NCBI RefSeq assembly: GCF_009914755.1
Contig: NC_060925.1
DNA length: 64,000 nucleotides
Strand: one strand, 5' to 3'
Source: the human T2T-CHM13v2.0 reference genome, Homo sapiens
This document shows positions 14,220-27,899 of the stretch, in pieces. Made by a program: the position numbers and the translations under genes. The stretch's first letter is position 1. Each line of letters begins with the position of its first letter. A model generated the notes under the pieces. It did not search any database and had not been told where the DNA came from. It worked only from the letters and a program-made list of their open reading frames with translations.

Positions 14220-14819
14220 ACAGTGGAAGAAGGAGAGAATATTCCTAAAACTTAGGGTCACATCTCAGCAGGAAGAACACTGTACAAACATACGCTGGGA
14301 AACACTTCATCGTGTCATTTCTGCAAGTTTTGTTTCTGTGTTTGTTCCAGGGCTATCTTTCAAAGAACATTTGTGTAGCAAGCAATCCTGAAAGATAGCA
14401 ATAGTGTTTTCCTATAAGAAAACACTACCAGGGCAGAGGGTAGCTTTGTTTCCTGATAGACATAGTAAAAAAAAAAAAAAAAAAAATGTGTTTTCAGGGC
14501 AAGAGTCTAGCAGGTATGCTAGTAGCATTGTTATCAAATTAGGGTTTTCTTAAGCTTAGGGTTCCTCAGCTATGACACTCACATGTTTTGTGTTTAGCAT
14601 CCATCTGGGATGACCTCAGCATCACCCTTGCGGGACTTAGATGAGAAAGGTAACTGATGTGAAGACGAAGTAAGAGCTGCCTGTTGTACTGTGAGTCATA
14701 AAATCCTTTTCTTCTGACCCAGGAGTTTCATGTCTTCTGCCAGATCCATGAGACTGTGGCAGGCCAAGTTATTAGCTAGAAAGTTTGATAAAATCTCTAA
14801 TTATCCATAGTTCTTGACA
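14220..14819 (+). mobile_element. ERVL-class solo LTR (MER76/MER54/LTR53-like group)
   Basis: 3' end ctgacccaggagtttcatgtcttctgccagatccatgagactgtggcaggc...agttcttgaCA. The 5' boundary and exact family are uncertain. Confidence 0.65.
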
Positions 14820-15559
14820 AAATGCACTCATTCAGTTAATCCTTTCCACAGCACAATTCTACTAATAATGACACAACAGAATTTTCTTTACAATTTCTAT
14901 TCCTTTTGAAATTTGCTTTCAATTGGAAGAATGTTTTACTCATAAAGTTATTCATAACCATCAAAATAAAATCAGACTAAATGTATTTTTTCAAAGCAAT
15001 AAAAACAGCGTATTTATGCAAATTTGATAAAATCAATTTCATGAAATAAAATTGTGGTATACAGAAATATTTTTATTGATAAAATGTTTTCTTCTTATGT
15101 GGGACAGTTGCTACAAAATTGATGCATGCTTTCTGGTGAGAAAGAATTGCACTCCTCCCCTCTCTTTTTACTTTAACAAATATCCCAAAATATATGTCTA
15201 GATGAGAATAATACTTTAGTCCTTTGATGATAATATTTCCTGAAATATTTTGGAAATTTTTCCATTAGAATTGCTTTCAGAGATAAAAGAATATTTATTA
15301 GCATGTCAAATTATAATAATTTTTCTAAGGTATATTTTATATATTAGAAACTGTCAGTACCCATTAAGAATAAAATCTAATAATGAAGATGGGTTATTAA
15401 TTTAATTAATAGCATTAAATTAAACATATGACTATGGAGACACAATGGCAATTTTTTTTCTATTGACTGATAAAATTATTTTTCATTTCCATAAACTATT
15501 AATATTGTTCTAGAAAAATTATCGTCAAAGGCCTAAGGTTTTTTTTTTATTCTTTTGGT

Positions 15560-16480
15560 TAACATTTTGTCTCTAGGATCTCTTTTGATGTTGTACTTAC
15601 TAGCTTGTTTATTCCATTACTGTGTAATACTCTCTTTGTCAGAATATAGTGTAGTTTTAAGTATCTATTACAGTGTTTATGGATATATGGACTGTTTCTA
15701 GGTTTGGAATATTTTGAGTAATGCTGCCAACTGTAAAGATAATTTGGTGTACTTATGTGTACATTTCCCTGGGGTATAGACCTATAAATAGAACCCCTAT
15801 GTCATAAACTATGTCCACATTCAACTTTAGTGATACTGCTAATCAATTTTCAAAATATTTTTGTCAATTTCTACTTCCATCTGCAGTGTATGAAAGGTTT
15901 AGTTAGTGAACACTATTGACAACACTTGGTATTGTTTTTCTCATAATATTTTCCAACTATTGAAGGTAGGATATAGTATATAATTAAAATAGCATATATT
16001 AGCTTAATTACCAAATTTTAAGCATATTTTGAACATTTTTGCATAGGTTTAGTGACTATTTGGATATCGTTTACAGGAAATATGTTTAAGACTCTTCCAT
16101 ATTTATGTTTTCTGTCTTTTTCACAGTTTCTATTAGTATTTATTTATTGTACATATGTATCGTACATTTTTACATTATGTCTTTCCTTATCAATGTATTT
16201 TTGTGGGAGGTTAAAATTGATTTAAAAAATTTGTAGATACATAGTAGGTGTGTATGGGGAACATGAGATAGTTTGATACAGGCACACAATGTGTAGAAAT
16301 CTTATCAAATGCTTAATAGAATATTTTGATAATTAGAAGTTTACAATTTTAATATAACTTAAATTGAAACTTTCTTTACAATGGTGCTCTTATGTTCAGT
16401 TTAAGAAATCTTTATCTACAAAGGGTGATATATTCTCCTACTTTTCTCTTTGAAGTTATGTTGCTATTTTTTTCTTATTG
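15560..16480 (-). mobile_element. L1ME remnant, with a short L1MA/PB 3'-end fragment at ~16210-16305
   Basis: T-rich antisense L1 text (ggactgtttctaggtttgg, tacttccatctgcagtgtatga). atacatagtaggtgtgtatggggaacatgagatagtttgatacaggc is an L1MA-type terminus. Confidence 0.65.
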
Positions 16481-16878
16481 TAAGAAAATGGTTACATAAT
16501 GAAGTATAATATTTTTTCAGCTACAGAGATCTTTAGGATTTGACCCTTGTTTGAACTGCTTTCTATTTAATTTAAGGAAAATGAAAGAGTCTTAATTAGC
16601 TGTACTGAATTCATTTACAGGAATGAAAATATGGATCAATATGGGACTGTCAGGAATTTACGTTGTATATAATACTTTACTTTTTGTCAACATTGTTCAG
16701 TGTACTAATTTATAATTGATGACCTATAGCTGAATCAACAAGTACAAGCTAGTCATATATCTCTGAGGGGGTTATTTGACTAGCAAGTTATAAAGGCTGG
16801 AGAGACCCAGAGCTGATAGTTTCACTGTGCTAATGTGGACTGCACCCATTTAAGCTTATTTCTTGTGGTTCTGGTGTG

Positions 16879-16880
<2 letters not shown>

Positions 16881-16923
<43 letters not shown>
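16881..16923. repeat. (TG)n microsatellite
   Basis: Uninterrupted TG run of about 21 units. Confidence 0.97.
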
Positions 16924-16924
<1 letters not shown>

Positions 16925-18175
16925 TAGAAGTATTGGTAGCTTTGCCTGGGAATTGTGAGACCTCTGGCATGCTGTTCCTGTACTGTACCTTTTTTAAACC
17001 TAAAAAACTACCTTTCCTCTAAACTCTGTGCTAGGTCAAGACTAAGACTATGAAATTATCCTGTTTCATCCTTACGTTGACCAAGAGCCAATACAAGACT
17101 TCTAGACATCTTTGGAGATAGGCATAAATGTGCCCAAGTTTGGCTGCAAGCGAACTCTAGTTTATTCAGTGCTTCCAAGTATCAGGTATTTATATTTATG
17201 TTTTTGGAGGTTGTATTTTGGGGGTTATATTTCAATTCTTAATGTATCTTCAACACCTTGGTTATCAAATTAACTGGTGCAATGTGATTCTAGAAAATAG
17301 CAGCAATATTCATATTTTAAATATCTCCCCAATTTAATATTTCTACAAATTAAACCATCTTATAAGTCTAAATTTCATATTTTAATTTTCTCTTTAAGGA
17401 AATATATCTGAAAAATTATGAGAAAGACAATCATTGGTATGACATAATTCTGCAATTCTATGTATTGCATCGAATGTATATATGCAATTCTGCATATGTA
17501 AAAAATCAAATTGAAAATTTAGTAATTTCTCTGTAATTTATCCAAGCAGCCTCCAAGAATGAGTTGTAACAAAGGTCACACACAAAACGAAACTTGCAGA
17601 GGCATAAACAATATTCTCAAGTTTGTGCTTTATCCAATAGATAAGTAATAATGCACCTTGAGATTAATAAGTATTTTTCTGCAAGAGTTTTATATGTTCT
17701 AAACAGTCTTGAGAAAAGAAGAGAGAAGCACAGAAAGGCACACTGTAATTGTTAAATGAAGAAGCAAACATTCATCCTGAGCTCAAAATAATATTTTTAA
17801 AATTATTAATTTATGAAAAACAATATTACTTCCATTAACAACTTTACATATTAAAATTTTGCAGCTCTTCAGAAGTAATTTCGTAAAATATTTAGTAGCT
17901 AGTATAATTTAATAGTGTCAACATTTTGAAAATAAATAAAGTCTTGCAACTTCACATAATCTAAAAACAAGCAAATTACATCTATCTTTTGCTATTTATT
18001 AGGGTTTATGACTAAGCCAGAAAATTATGAAGTTGGTTCAAGGGGGAGCAGGTTATGCAGCAGGTATTCTGCATAAAAAGTAATACCTAAAAAATTTGGA
18101 GATGTAATCCATCAGAAGGAAATACTCATGATATTGAAAAGTAGCACCTCTACTGCTGATATGGACATATATTAG

Positions 18176-19915
18176 TGTCACAGGATCCTTGGAGTGTAGC
18201 TTCACCAATTGGGAACTTTTGTGGCTGGTGGCACCTTCTGCCTGAGTGTTGCTCACACCTGCTGGGCTTGTTCCTCCCACACAGCCAAGCAGGCTGCGCT
18301 CAGCTTGAACTACTGACCCAGATTCCATACCTGCCAAGGTGGAGCTAGGCACAGTGTGGCAAGAGGTGTGTGGCCAAGCAAGTACAGGGTCTGGCCACTG
18401 CATACAGCCAGGCATGTCACTGCTGCAGCAGGGCAGGCCAGCTCCAGGTGCCAGCACAGGTGTGGGCTCTATGCAAGGTTGTGGCTGGACAAGATGTACT
18501 GCATGAGGCTTCTGAAGGTTGTGGCTAGACAAGATGTACTGCATGAGGCATCTGCTGCAGGCATCTGCATCTGCATCTGGACAAGGGGAATGTGATGGTT
18601 CCTAAAAGCTTGGAAACACCAGGAACCACAGAGCCCTGAAGAGGACATCACAACCTTGGCTCTAGGATCCTCTAGGTCTGGGCTCTCCAAAAGGTCTTCT
18701 CTCCTTCTTATCGCCTGCAAGATGGAGAGCAGTTGTGGGTGAGAGGGTGTGTTTCATCCCTGTTTGTGTTACAGCTCTTTCAGTCCTGCCATTCAGTGGA
18801 ACCCAAATTCTTACCCTGCATCCAGGAAGATTGAGGTATGCAAACAACTGGAGGGTGAACAAGGTAGAGAGGAACATCATTGAGTGATGAAACAGCTGTC
18901 AGGAGACCTGTAGTGGGTAGCTCCTTTCCGCAGGCAGGTCATGCCAGTAAGTGTCCAGCTCTCAGCAGAGAGGAAACTCACAGTGGGTAGCTCTTTTCCA
19001 CAGGCAGGTTGTTCTGATGAGTGTCCAGCTTTCGGTGGAGAGCATACCCATAGTGGGTAGCTTCTTTCCACAGGCAGGTCATCCCAGTGAGTGTCCAGTT
19101 CTCAGCAGAGAGGAGACCCTCAGTGGGTAGCTCCTTTCTGCAAGCAGGGTATCCCAATGTCTGTCCTAGTCTGGCTGAGTCTGGGGTTTTTATGGGCTCA
19201 GAAGAGAGGAAGTGCATGTGGATTGATACATGGGTGATCATGGGTGGGCCTGGAAAAAGCACCATAAGTTCTCACTCTGGGCCATGGACTCCACCTGGAA
19301 CTGGCAGCTTGGACCCAAGGCTTCAGGCTGTCCCTGGTTTGAAGGTGCAGTTTTACCAGGAACCCACCCCTTTCGACCCAGAACCCTGTCTGCCTCCTGC
19401 CACCATAAACATGCCATCCACGGTGCCCATGCTTTGTGTCAAGAAGCGCCTGAAGGCCCATGCCAAACCACTCTCAGCCCCACCTGAGGCTCCCTCCCAT
19501 GCTTGTCAATGCCCAAGTCCAGAGAGGGCCAATAAGGCAGGGGGCTGGCATGTCAGCACCAGCCTGAGCATGCACACACCCTGCCAGGTTGCAACAGCAC
19601 TCAGGCTGAGCCACAACTTCACTGTGCCCCCAGAGCAAGCACTGAGAGTGGGGAGAGGCCAGTGAGCAGTAGCAGGTACTTCCGAGTGCACCAGAGCTGG
19701 GGGCTTCCAGGGTCTCTAAGAGGGCAGTTATGCCCTGGTCCAGAGCCACCGCTGGGCAGCTGCAGCTACACCCAGGAGTGCAGGGCTTCTGCTCCACCAA
19801 GTCAGTATAGGGCAGGGCTCCTGACTTTTCTCAGTTCCCGCTGGCTCTGAGTAGACCTAAGCCCCGCTGCAGCCAGCATTTTCACAGTGGCTGCACCAGA
19901 CGGGCCACTCTTGCA
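18176..19915 (-). mobile_element. MER52A-type ERV1 solo LTR, full length
   Basis: TG...CA termini flanked by direct repeat ATTAG (18171-18175, 19916-19920). GC-rich but CpG-depleted. Contains four ~70-bp internal units (agtgggtagctcctttcc.caggcagg...) and ccagacgggcc near the right end. Confidence 0.9.
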
Positions 19916-21542
19916 ATTAGTAGTTTATTGAGAGAATGCCAATTTTGGATAATACCAAGGCCCCCTATAGCAATTTATAAAAGTTATAAAGTATCACCAG
20001 ACATCCTGAGGCATAGCTGGAAAAGGGAATATGTTTTGGAGAGACTTTAAATGATACATTATTTTTCATACAGTTGTGAAATACAGACCCACTAAACATT
20101 TTAACATTTATGTGAATGTCCCAAGATTAGGAGCTTTGTACATGATAAATGCTGAATAAATAAATGCTTAATAAATTAATATATCAATTAATGTTAATTA
20201 GTTCTTAAAATAATGGGTGTAAAAAGTTCAGAGAGACTTATAATCAAGGATAAAGGCAAAGTATTAGTATATTATGTAATTTATATTCAAGGTATTCTTC
20301 AATACTGCCTTTTTAAGAAACATTATTCTCTTATAATTAAATAAAAATAATTATTTGGGTAAGGTTGCTAATCTCTGTTTCATACAGTTAGTCCGTAATT
20401 AGATATAGTTGAATATTTTGACAAGGTCATTTGCAAAACATCTCCATTTAACTGTTGGCAAATTGATTAAATTACAACATAAATACAAATTTAAATTCTA
20501 AAGTGCTTCATAATGCAAAATGAGATAAACAGGTAAACTTAAAATGCTGTCTTTAAGATAAAATATTTCCTTTGATTATTTAAATAATATGCACTAATAA
20601 AGAAAATATTACACTATATGATCACCTTGATCATATTAACATGTTTGCTTTCTGTGCTTTGTAGGTTATTATCATATTAAGCCAAGGATAATGTATTTTA
20701 TTGTCATCCTTTTTCATGCTTCTTACACAGAAATGTTGTACTTCAATTAATGTATCAAAACAGATTATTTATTTTTAAAAATAACCATTTTTGTCTTTTT
20801 CTTTTTTATATCTACTTGATAAAATACCAATTTAAGAGTTATATATTCTAGAGAGTGGATATAATTTTTTCCCAGGCTAAGAAAGCAATTGATCAAGTTA
20901 AGTTTTAATGAAATCAAGCAGCAGATATTAACAACTTTGTACAAAATTCTTGGTTACAAAAAGGATGTGAAGCCTATATTTCCACTAGAAAATTACAGAT
21001 CTAGTTGTAGCTTTATGTTTTGAGATACATCTTTTCACTCTTAAAATACATAACCAAATAATCACTGACTTCAGGGAGGGAAAATTATCTTGAAAGACAC
21101 AACCCATTAAGTTAAAACACTACAGAAATTTGAGAGAGAAAAAAGACTACTTATTATTCTGTCATCTGCTTAGTAGAGTATCTTCTGAAATGTGTAAACT
21201 ATTCTACATGGATACTTGGAAAGTACACCAAGGTGATCATTTTAATCCATGCATAGGAAAACATTGCATTTGTTTACTAAATGAATAACAAAGATTTTTA
21301 AACCAGGGAGATCTAACATAAGATTTTATTCTGCGTATTTTTTATAAACAGTATGTCTCACACATGCAGTCAGAAAAGGCAAATATTGGATCAGAAGATC
21401 TTAACCTTACTATAGTTTCTTGTATTCAACAGCATCATGCTATTTCTGACGGAATACCTCCAGGCCTGGTGCTGAAGAGTAAAACTCTAGGCCTCGTTGT
21501 TAAAAGTATATTAGTGTGGTTGAAAGAACTCTGCCTTCACTG

Positions 21543-21960
21543 TGACAAAGACTTCCTCTTTGACCAAAATTTAGTCAGGTAACTGTGAGCCCTCTGCTCC
21601 ACTAGGTCTCAACCTTGGGCTTCTGTCTTCATCTTTGTCAAATTCATTGATAGCAAGAATCCTAAGCCAGTTTAACAAGAAATCATCACTGTTGATATCT
21701 GATCATCCTGGCCTGCTTTAAGCAAAGATTCTAAGTGGGTTTATCAAAAATCCTCTCTCCTTGATGTCTCCTTTCAGTAATTTCCATCCATTGATTCCCT
21801 CATCCTGCTTGTCAGTTACATTGATTTCTTTTTTTTTTCTTTTTTTGCCATATTCATAGCTAAGCCTCACCTTTATTTCCTATTGCAATATCCCTATTGC
21901 AATAGTCTTGACTAAAGTTTTCCCTACTGTTTTAGCAAGTGCCAGAGTATTTTTTTAGCA
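21543..21960 (+). mobile_element. MER31 (ERV1) solo LTR
   Basis: Starts TGACAAAGACttcctctttgaccaaaatttagtcagg. Contains gcaagaatcct and ttgatatctgatca. Ends ...ttagCA. Confidence 0.8.
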
Positions 21961-22857
21961 AGGAAATTTTCCCCCATTGACATATGGAAACAAAGAAGAA
22001 AGTCTATAAATAAGCTTTAAAAATGCATTATACCATAATATAAAATGTAAGAAAAGATACTGTCATATATGATATTTCTAACACATTTTAAAAGAAAACA
22101 ATAAGACAAAGTAATATGGAATACTAAGACATAGAGTTGGCCATAGATATAGGAAAATATCATGTGCTTGTGTAGAGCAGAGTGAATTTACCGTAAATAA
22201 GCACAGAATCTCATGATTATTAACTATGTGTTTTGATTATACAATATTAAAGCATTATCATAAACATTCTCTCATTTTTTAAGAAAAATTTTGTCTAATA
22301 ATAGAGAATGTGTTTGGCTTGCCTCCCCCAAAGAAAATATTTATCTATAATTTCTAAACTAATTAGTTTATAACTAATTAATTACCAGGACTTTGACTTG
22401 TTGATTAATATCCTTGCTCCTATATTTAATATACATTATTATTTATATCACCTACTGAAGGGAGTAGTTTCTCAGATGAAATCCAAGAACTATTGCAAAC
22501 ACGTCAATAATCATTCATATCAATATACCGTTGATCCTACTTTATTTATAAAATAGTATTAATACACTAGAATATTCATTTTACATGTACTTTGTCAGAG
22601 CATAATTTTAGATTTCTGATTTAAATGAAGAATAGAAAGAGTGTCAGAAAAGATTAAAATTTTTATGCCAAAATTTATTGCCAGTTTTAAAAAAACGTTT
22701 CCAGTAAAATCATTTGGAAATAGTTTGAGAAAACAGTTATGGAACAAATAACAACAAAAATCCCCATGACTATGATAATACAGTATAGGAGTTGGCAAGT
22801 CTCTAAAAAACAACATGGGGCCTACACATTTTTACTTAAGAATGTGGGGCATGATGT

Positions 22858-22860
<3 letters not shown>

Positions 22861-22912
<52 letters not shown>
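22861..22912. repeat. (TA)26 microsatellite
   Basis: Perfect TA run. Confidence 0.98.
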
Positions 22913-22919
<7 letters not shown>

Positions 22920-23259
22920 CCGGAAATAAGAAGACTTTGTCTTCTGACAACCCAGGCATGAGCTCTTAGTTTTAGGAGACAAATTCAAACCTATTTCATA
23001 ATCATGGAAATTTCCATAGCAATACATCAGAAAACGTTTGATATACGCTCAGCTTGGTGCTATGTAGAAGTTTAAAATGTATTTTTGGTTAGAAAGCTGT
23101 TATATGACTTAACTCTGCTGTTAATCATGGATTATAGAAAGAAGGTAAGGTACTAGAGAATGACAAAAGAAGCAGCCCATCCCTGCAGAGATACACAGAG
23201 ATACACGAATTGACGTTCTGATTAATATGTAGGAATAAGTTATTGTGGTTTAGTTGGCA

Positions 23260-23930
23260 GTTTTTCAATAACTAATGAATCTGAACATGTTCTCATAATA
23301 TCACTGGTTTTTAAAACATTGTTTAAAATATCTGAATGGGTCTTTTATGTATTTATAAAGTATCTATTTAGTTGGGTGTTAATTTTTATAATTGATTTGT
23401 GTGATACGGATATAAAATTTCTTTTACAACTTTTCTCATTTTGGCTTGCTTTTCAATCCATTAAAGGTGCTTACTGATAAATAGAGGTTCTTAGTTTTAT
23501 CACTTTTATCCTTCACACCTTGGTTAAGAAACCTTTGCCTAACTTCCATGGTCATGAAAATAGTATCGTCTGTTTTTTTTTTCAAAGCACTTTATCATTT
23601 GGCTTTCACATTTAGATTTAAAATTTATGTAGACTTAGTGTGCTATGAGGTAAATTTCTAAGTAATTTTTTCCAGTAGGTAACCAGTGATCCAGCACAAT
23701 TTAATGAAAAGATGATTCCATTGCCACTGCAACTTTGTTTTTCATAATTCAGATAAACATATATTCATGTACCCCTTTAGGTTATCTATTCAGTTCTGTT
23801 GTTTTATTTATCTATTTTTATACCAATATCATACTATCTAAATTATTAAGGCTTCATAATGAATTTTAGTCTCCTTTTGCTATTTCTGGCCTTTGACATT
23901 AGTGTTTAAATTTGAATATCACACACTTAA
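23260..23930 (-). mobile_element. L1ME ORF2 remnant
   Basis: ttaagaaacctttgcctaac...ggtcatgaaaata...ctttcacatttagattt...ccagcacaatttaatgaaaaga. Confidence 0.65.
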
Positions 23931-24290
23931 TAAGCCTGCAATCTACTAGCTATAACAAATTCAACATGAATTTCAGAACACAGTTACTAGGATAACCATA
24001 GTAAAATGTCTACAGAAACATTTAGCAGAAAGAAAAGAAAAAGAAAAGCAATGAAAGTAATCATAGATTTAAGAATGGATCAATAAATTTTGTAATAGTC
24101 ACAAAATGAAATACTATGTCATGATAAGGAATGAATCTCAACTATAAGCTATGACAAGAATAAAATTTTAATATCATATCATGAAGTCAAAAAAGCAAGC
24201 CCCAGAAATGAAAATATAATATGAGAGTGTTTCATAAAATTCAGCAAGTAATACAAATTGATAAGTATATAGACAGAAATAGATAATAGG

Positions 24291-24567
24291 GTTGGGGGGT
24301 ATGGTGGCCTACACGAGGCCTAGGCAGGAGAATCACTTGAGGCCAGGAGTTTGATATCAGCCAGAGCAAGTAAGATTCCCTTCTCTATAAAAATTTAAAA
24401 ATTAGCCGAATGTGGTGGCGTGTACCTGTAGTCCTAGGTACTTGGGAGGCTGGGGCAGGATGATTGCTTGAGCCCAGGAAGTTTTGGTTACAGTGAGCTA
24501 TGATTGTGCCACTATACACCAACCTTGGCAACAGAGTAAAACTCAGTCACTAAGGGGAAAAAAAAAA
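24291..24567 (+). mobile_element. AluJ, diverged
   Basis: Dimeric Alu with J diagnostics (cttgaggccaggagttt, ttgcttgagcccagga, acagtgagctatgattgtgcc) and an A tail. Confidence 0.88.
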
Positions 24568-25859
24568 GATATGATAAAACTTTATAAATGTATGTGAGTG
24601 TATGATAAATATTTTTAAAGAATGAGAATATTAAAACTCAAAAATAAAAACAAAATAAAAAAATTGATGGAAGGAAAGAGAACAAGCAAATAAATAAATA
24701 AGATGTTATTACCTATGTAATACATTTTTGGATATATTCTACTTTTGTTCGACAGTGTTTTTACATATCTGCATGAGTAAATGTCCAGGCATTAAAAATA
24801 TTGGAATTGTTCTCATAAAACAAAAACTATGCATAATTCAACTTTATACCTGAGATCATAAATAATTAACCAATTAAATAAATACATATGTTATGTAGAT
24901 ATTTAATTCACATCATACCAAATCCGTGTTTTCCACAGAATTTTTTTTCATGCTTGATGATACAAATATATATTTTTAACCACATTTCTTTCTTTTAAGA
25001 AATTCTTCAAACTTTCTTAATCATTGAGTTGTATAATGACAAAAAGTTCGGGGTTATAAATGTAATTCACTTATAAAACTGATAATTTTATAAGAAAATT
25101 TGAATAGGCTAAAAATAATTTTTAAAGTTCTAATATCTTGCTCTTTCCAAGAGGAACTTTGTGTTTAACAAGATTGAAAGTTGCAGATCTCCTCATATAA
25201 ATGCAAACTAGATGTGGCATACAGAAAAGGCCATTTCCTCAAATCTAAATCTCTTTAAACATCTGATCTAATATTGAAAAAAATTCCATCAGAAAAGTAA
25301 CAACAAACTTTCCTATAAAGGCCAAAGGGTATCCAAAGAAAATTGAAAAAAAAACTACGCATAATTACAGACATAACAAACATTAGTTACTTTTACCAAT
25401 ACATTATTCCACACGCAATGTTAATTTTTCTCCCCCTGCCCTACCAGCACTTTCCCTATAAAGTGTTGATTTAAACACTTGATTCTGATAGAAAACCTGA
25501 AAGTTTTGCTATTTTAAACAGGTGTGTACATAATAGCACAAAGACTAATTTTCAGCACTCTCAAGTATAAAAAAGAGCCTTTGAAAAGCAATATAATATT
25601 TGACAAGAATTGTTCCATAATGTTTTGAGATACCCAAAGGCTGTGTTATATTTGTATTTTTTAAGCTTGCACTTCTCCACACTTTTATTTTCTAACAACT
25701 CTAAATCTGTATACAACAACCTGTCAACCAGAGTCATTTAATAGTTGTAAAAAGTAGGAAAAGAAGATTATCGATACGATAGTATGAACCCTCATTGTTA
25801 TTATTTTTATAGTGCCTACGAATGATTCTAACTCTGAACTCTAAATAGGTCTCTCTCTC

Positions 25860-26660
25860 TCTCTCCCTGATTGGTGGTCTCATCAGATTCAATGCCATCT
25901 ACACAATGAAAATTCCTAGATGTACATCCTTAGCCAAGTTTCCTCTCCTAAACTCCGTACAGGTAAACCTAATGATTTGATATAGATCTCCACTTAGATG
26001 CTCTCTGCACATTCCCCCAAAACCTGTCATAGATTTCCTCATTTTTACTAAATAGTTATGGTTATTTAATTATTTTGGTTGCACAAATGGAACCCAAATG
26101 CTATAGTTGACCCATTCTTTCCACTTCATACAATTTCTCAATATATTCTGTGGACTCTAATTGAATATGTTCAATCTCTCCATATATTCTGTGGACTCTA
26201 CTTGAAATATGTTTGTAGAATTTGATCACTTCTCACAGTCTCCATTACTTTTGCTCAAGCACCATAATTTCTCAAAATTTTTACAATAGCCTAACTGGTC
26301 ACCTTTTGACCTTGTCATATTACTTTCTCCTATCCAAAGGCAGACAAAGTGATCTTTTAGAAAGGTAGGTCTTATAATGTCATACCATTGTTCCAACCTC
26401 CTTAAAGGCTTCACACTTAAAATAAAAGCAAAAGTTCCTGCAAGACATCTATTCTGTCATTATCTTTGTGACCTTGTCACCTATTGCTCTACCTCTTATC
26501 CAGAAACTTCAGTTTTTCACTATTCTGAACACACATCAAGCATTCTCCTGTTTCGACCAAGCATTTTCCTATCTTGGCTACCACACCATCCTTGAGTACT
26601 TCTTCAAGTGCTAACTGATATGATATGTCTATCATTTAACATTGGAAAAGCATCCTTTAT
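25860..26660 (+). mobile_element. L2 remnant
   Basis: atctccacttagatg; caatagcctaactggtc; cagacaaagtgatcttttagaaa; aaaataaaagcaaaagttcct. Confidence 0.7.
26131..26213. repeat. ~41-bp tandem duplication within L2
   Basis: caatttctcaatatattctgtggactctaattgaatatgtt followed by caatctctccatatattctgtggactctacttgaaatatgtt. Confidence 0.85.
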
Positions 26661-26713
26661 ACACACACACACACATACATATGTATATTATATATTTTAT
26701 ATATCTAGATCAA

Positions 26714-26757
<44 letters not shown>

Positions 26758-26772
26758 ATCTATCTATATCTA
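26661..26772. repeat. Compound (CA)n / AT-rich / (TATC)n microsatellite
   Basis: acacacacacacac...tatctatctatctatc run at ~26715-26770. Confidence 0.95.
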
Positions 26773-26970
26773 CATGCCCATCTGTGTCTTCATCTGTATG
26801 TCTTACATTTACTATAAGTATATATATAGTAATTCTTTAAACTTAGATTAAATTATTTTGAAGTGAAAATTCTTTAAGTAATTTGCCCTTTAGGGCCTAT
26901 TAAGAAACCACTGTCTTATAAATTTTCTCATGCAATACATATGAGCAAAATGTAATGAAAATGGTATGTC

Positions 26971-27402
<432 letters not shown>

Positions 27403-27510
27403 TTACATCTCTATTGGTGATGAATGAGATAGTCACTGATCCTGGTAAGGTTGTGCTCCGTGATCCCTAGATTGTACTTATTGTACTTTTTCTAAAAACA
27501 ATGTCTTTAG

Positions 27511-27897
<387 letters not shown>

Positions 27898-27899
27898 TA

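Noticed and set aside
18900-19150. Four regularly spaced ~70-bp repeats resembling a CRISPR array
   Set aside because: The whole units are similar, with no unique spacers. They are native tandem repeats of the MER52 LTR in a primate genome, and no cas genes are present.
18053-19850. Cluster of the longest ORFs (163 aa, 192 aa and others)
   Set aside because: They lie largely inside the GC-rich MER52A LTR, overlap on both strands and show no recognisable domain. Low stop-codon density in GC-rich DNA explains them.
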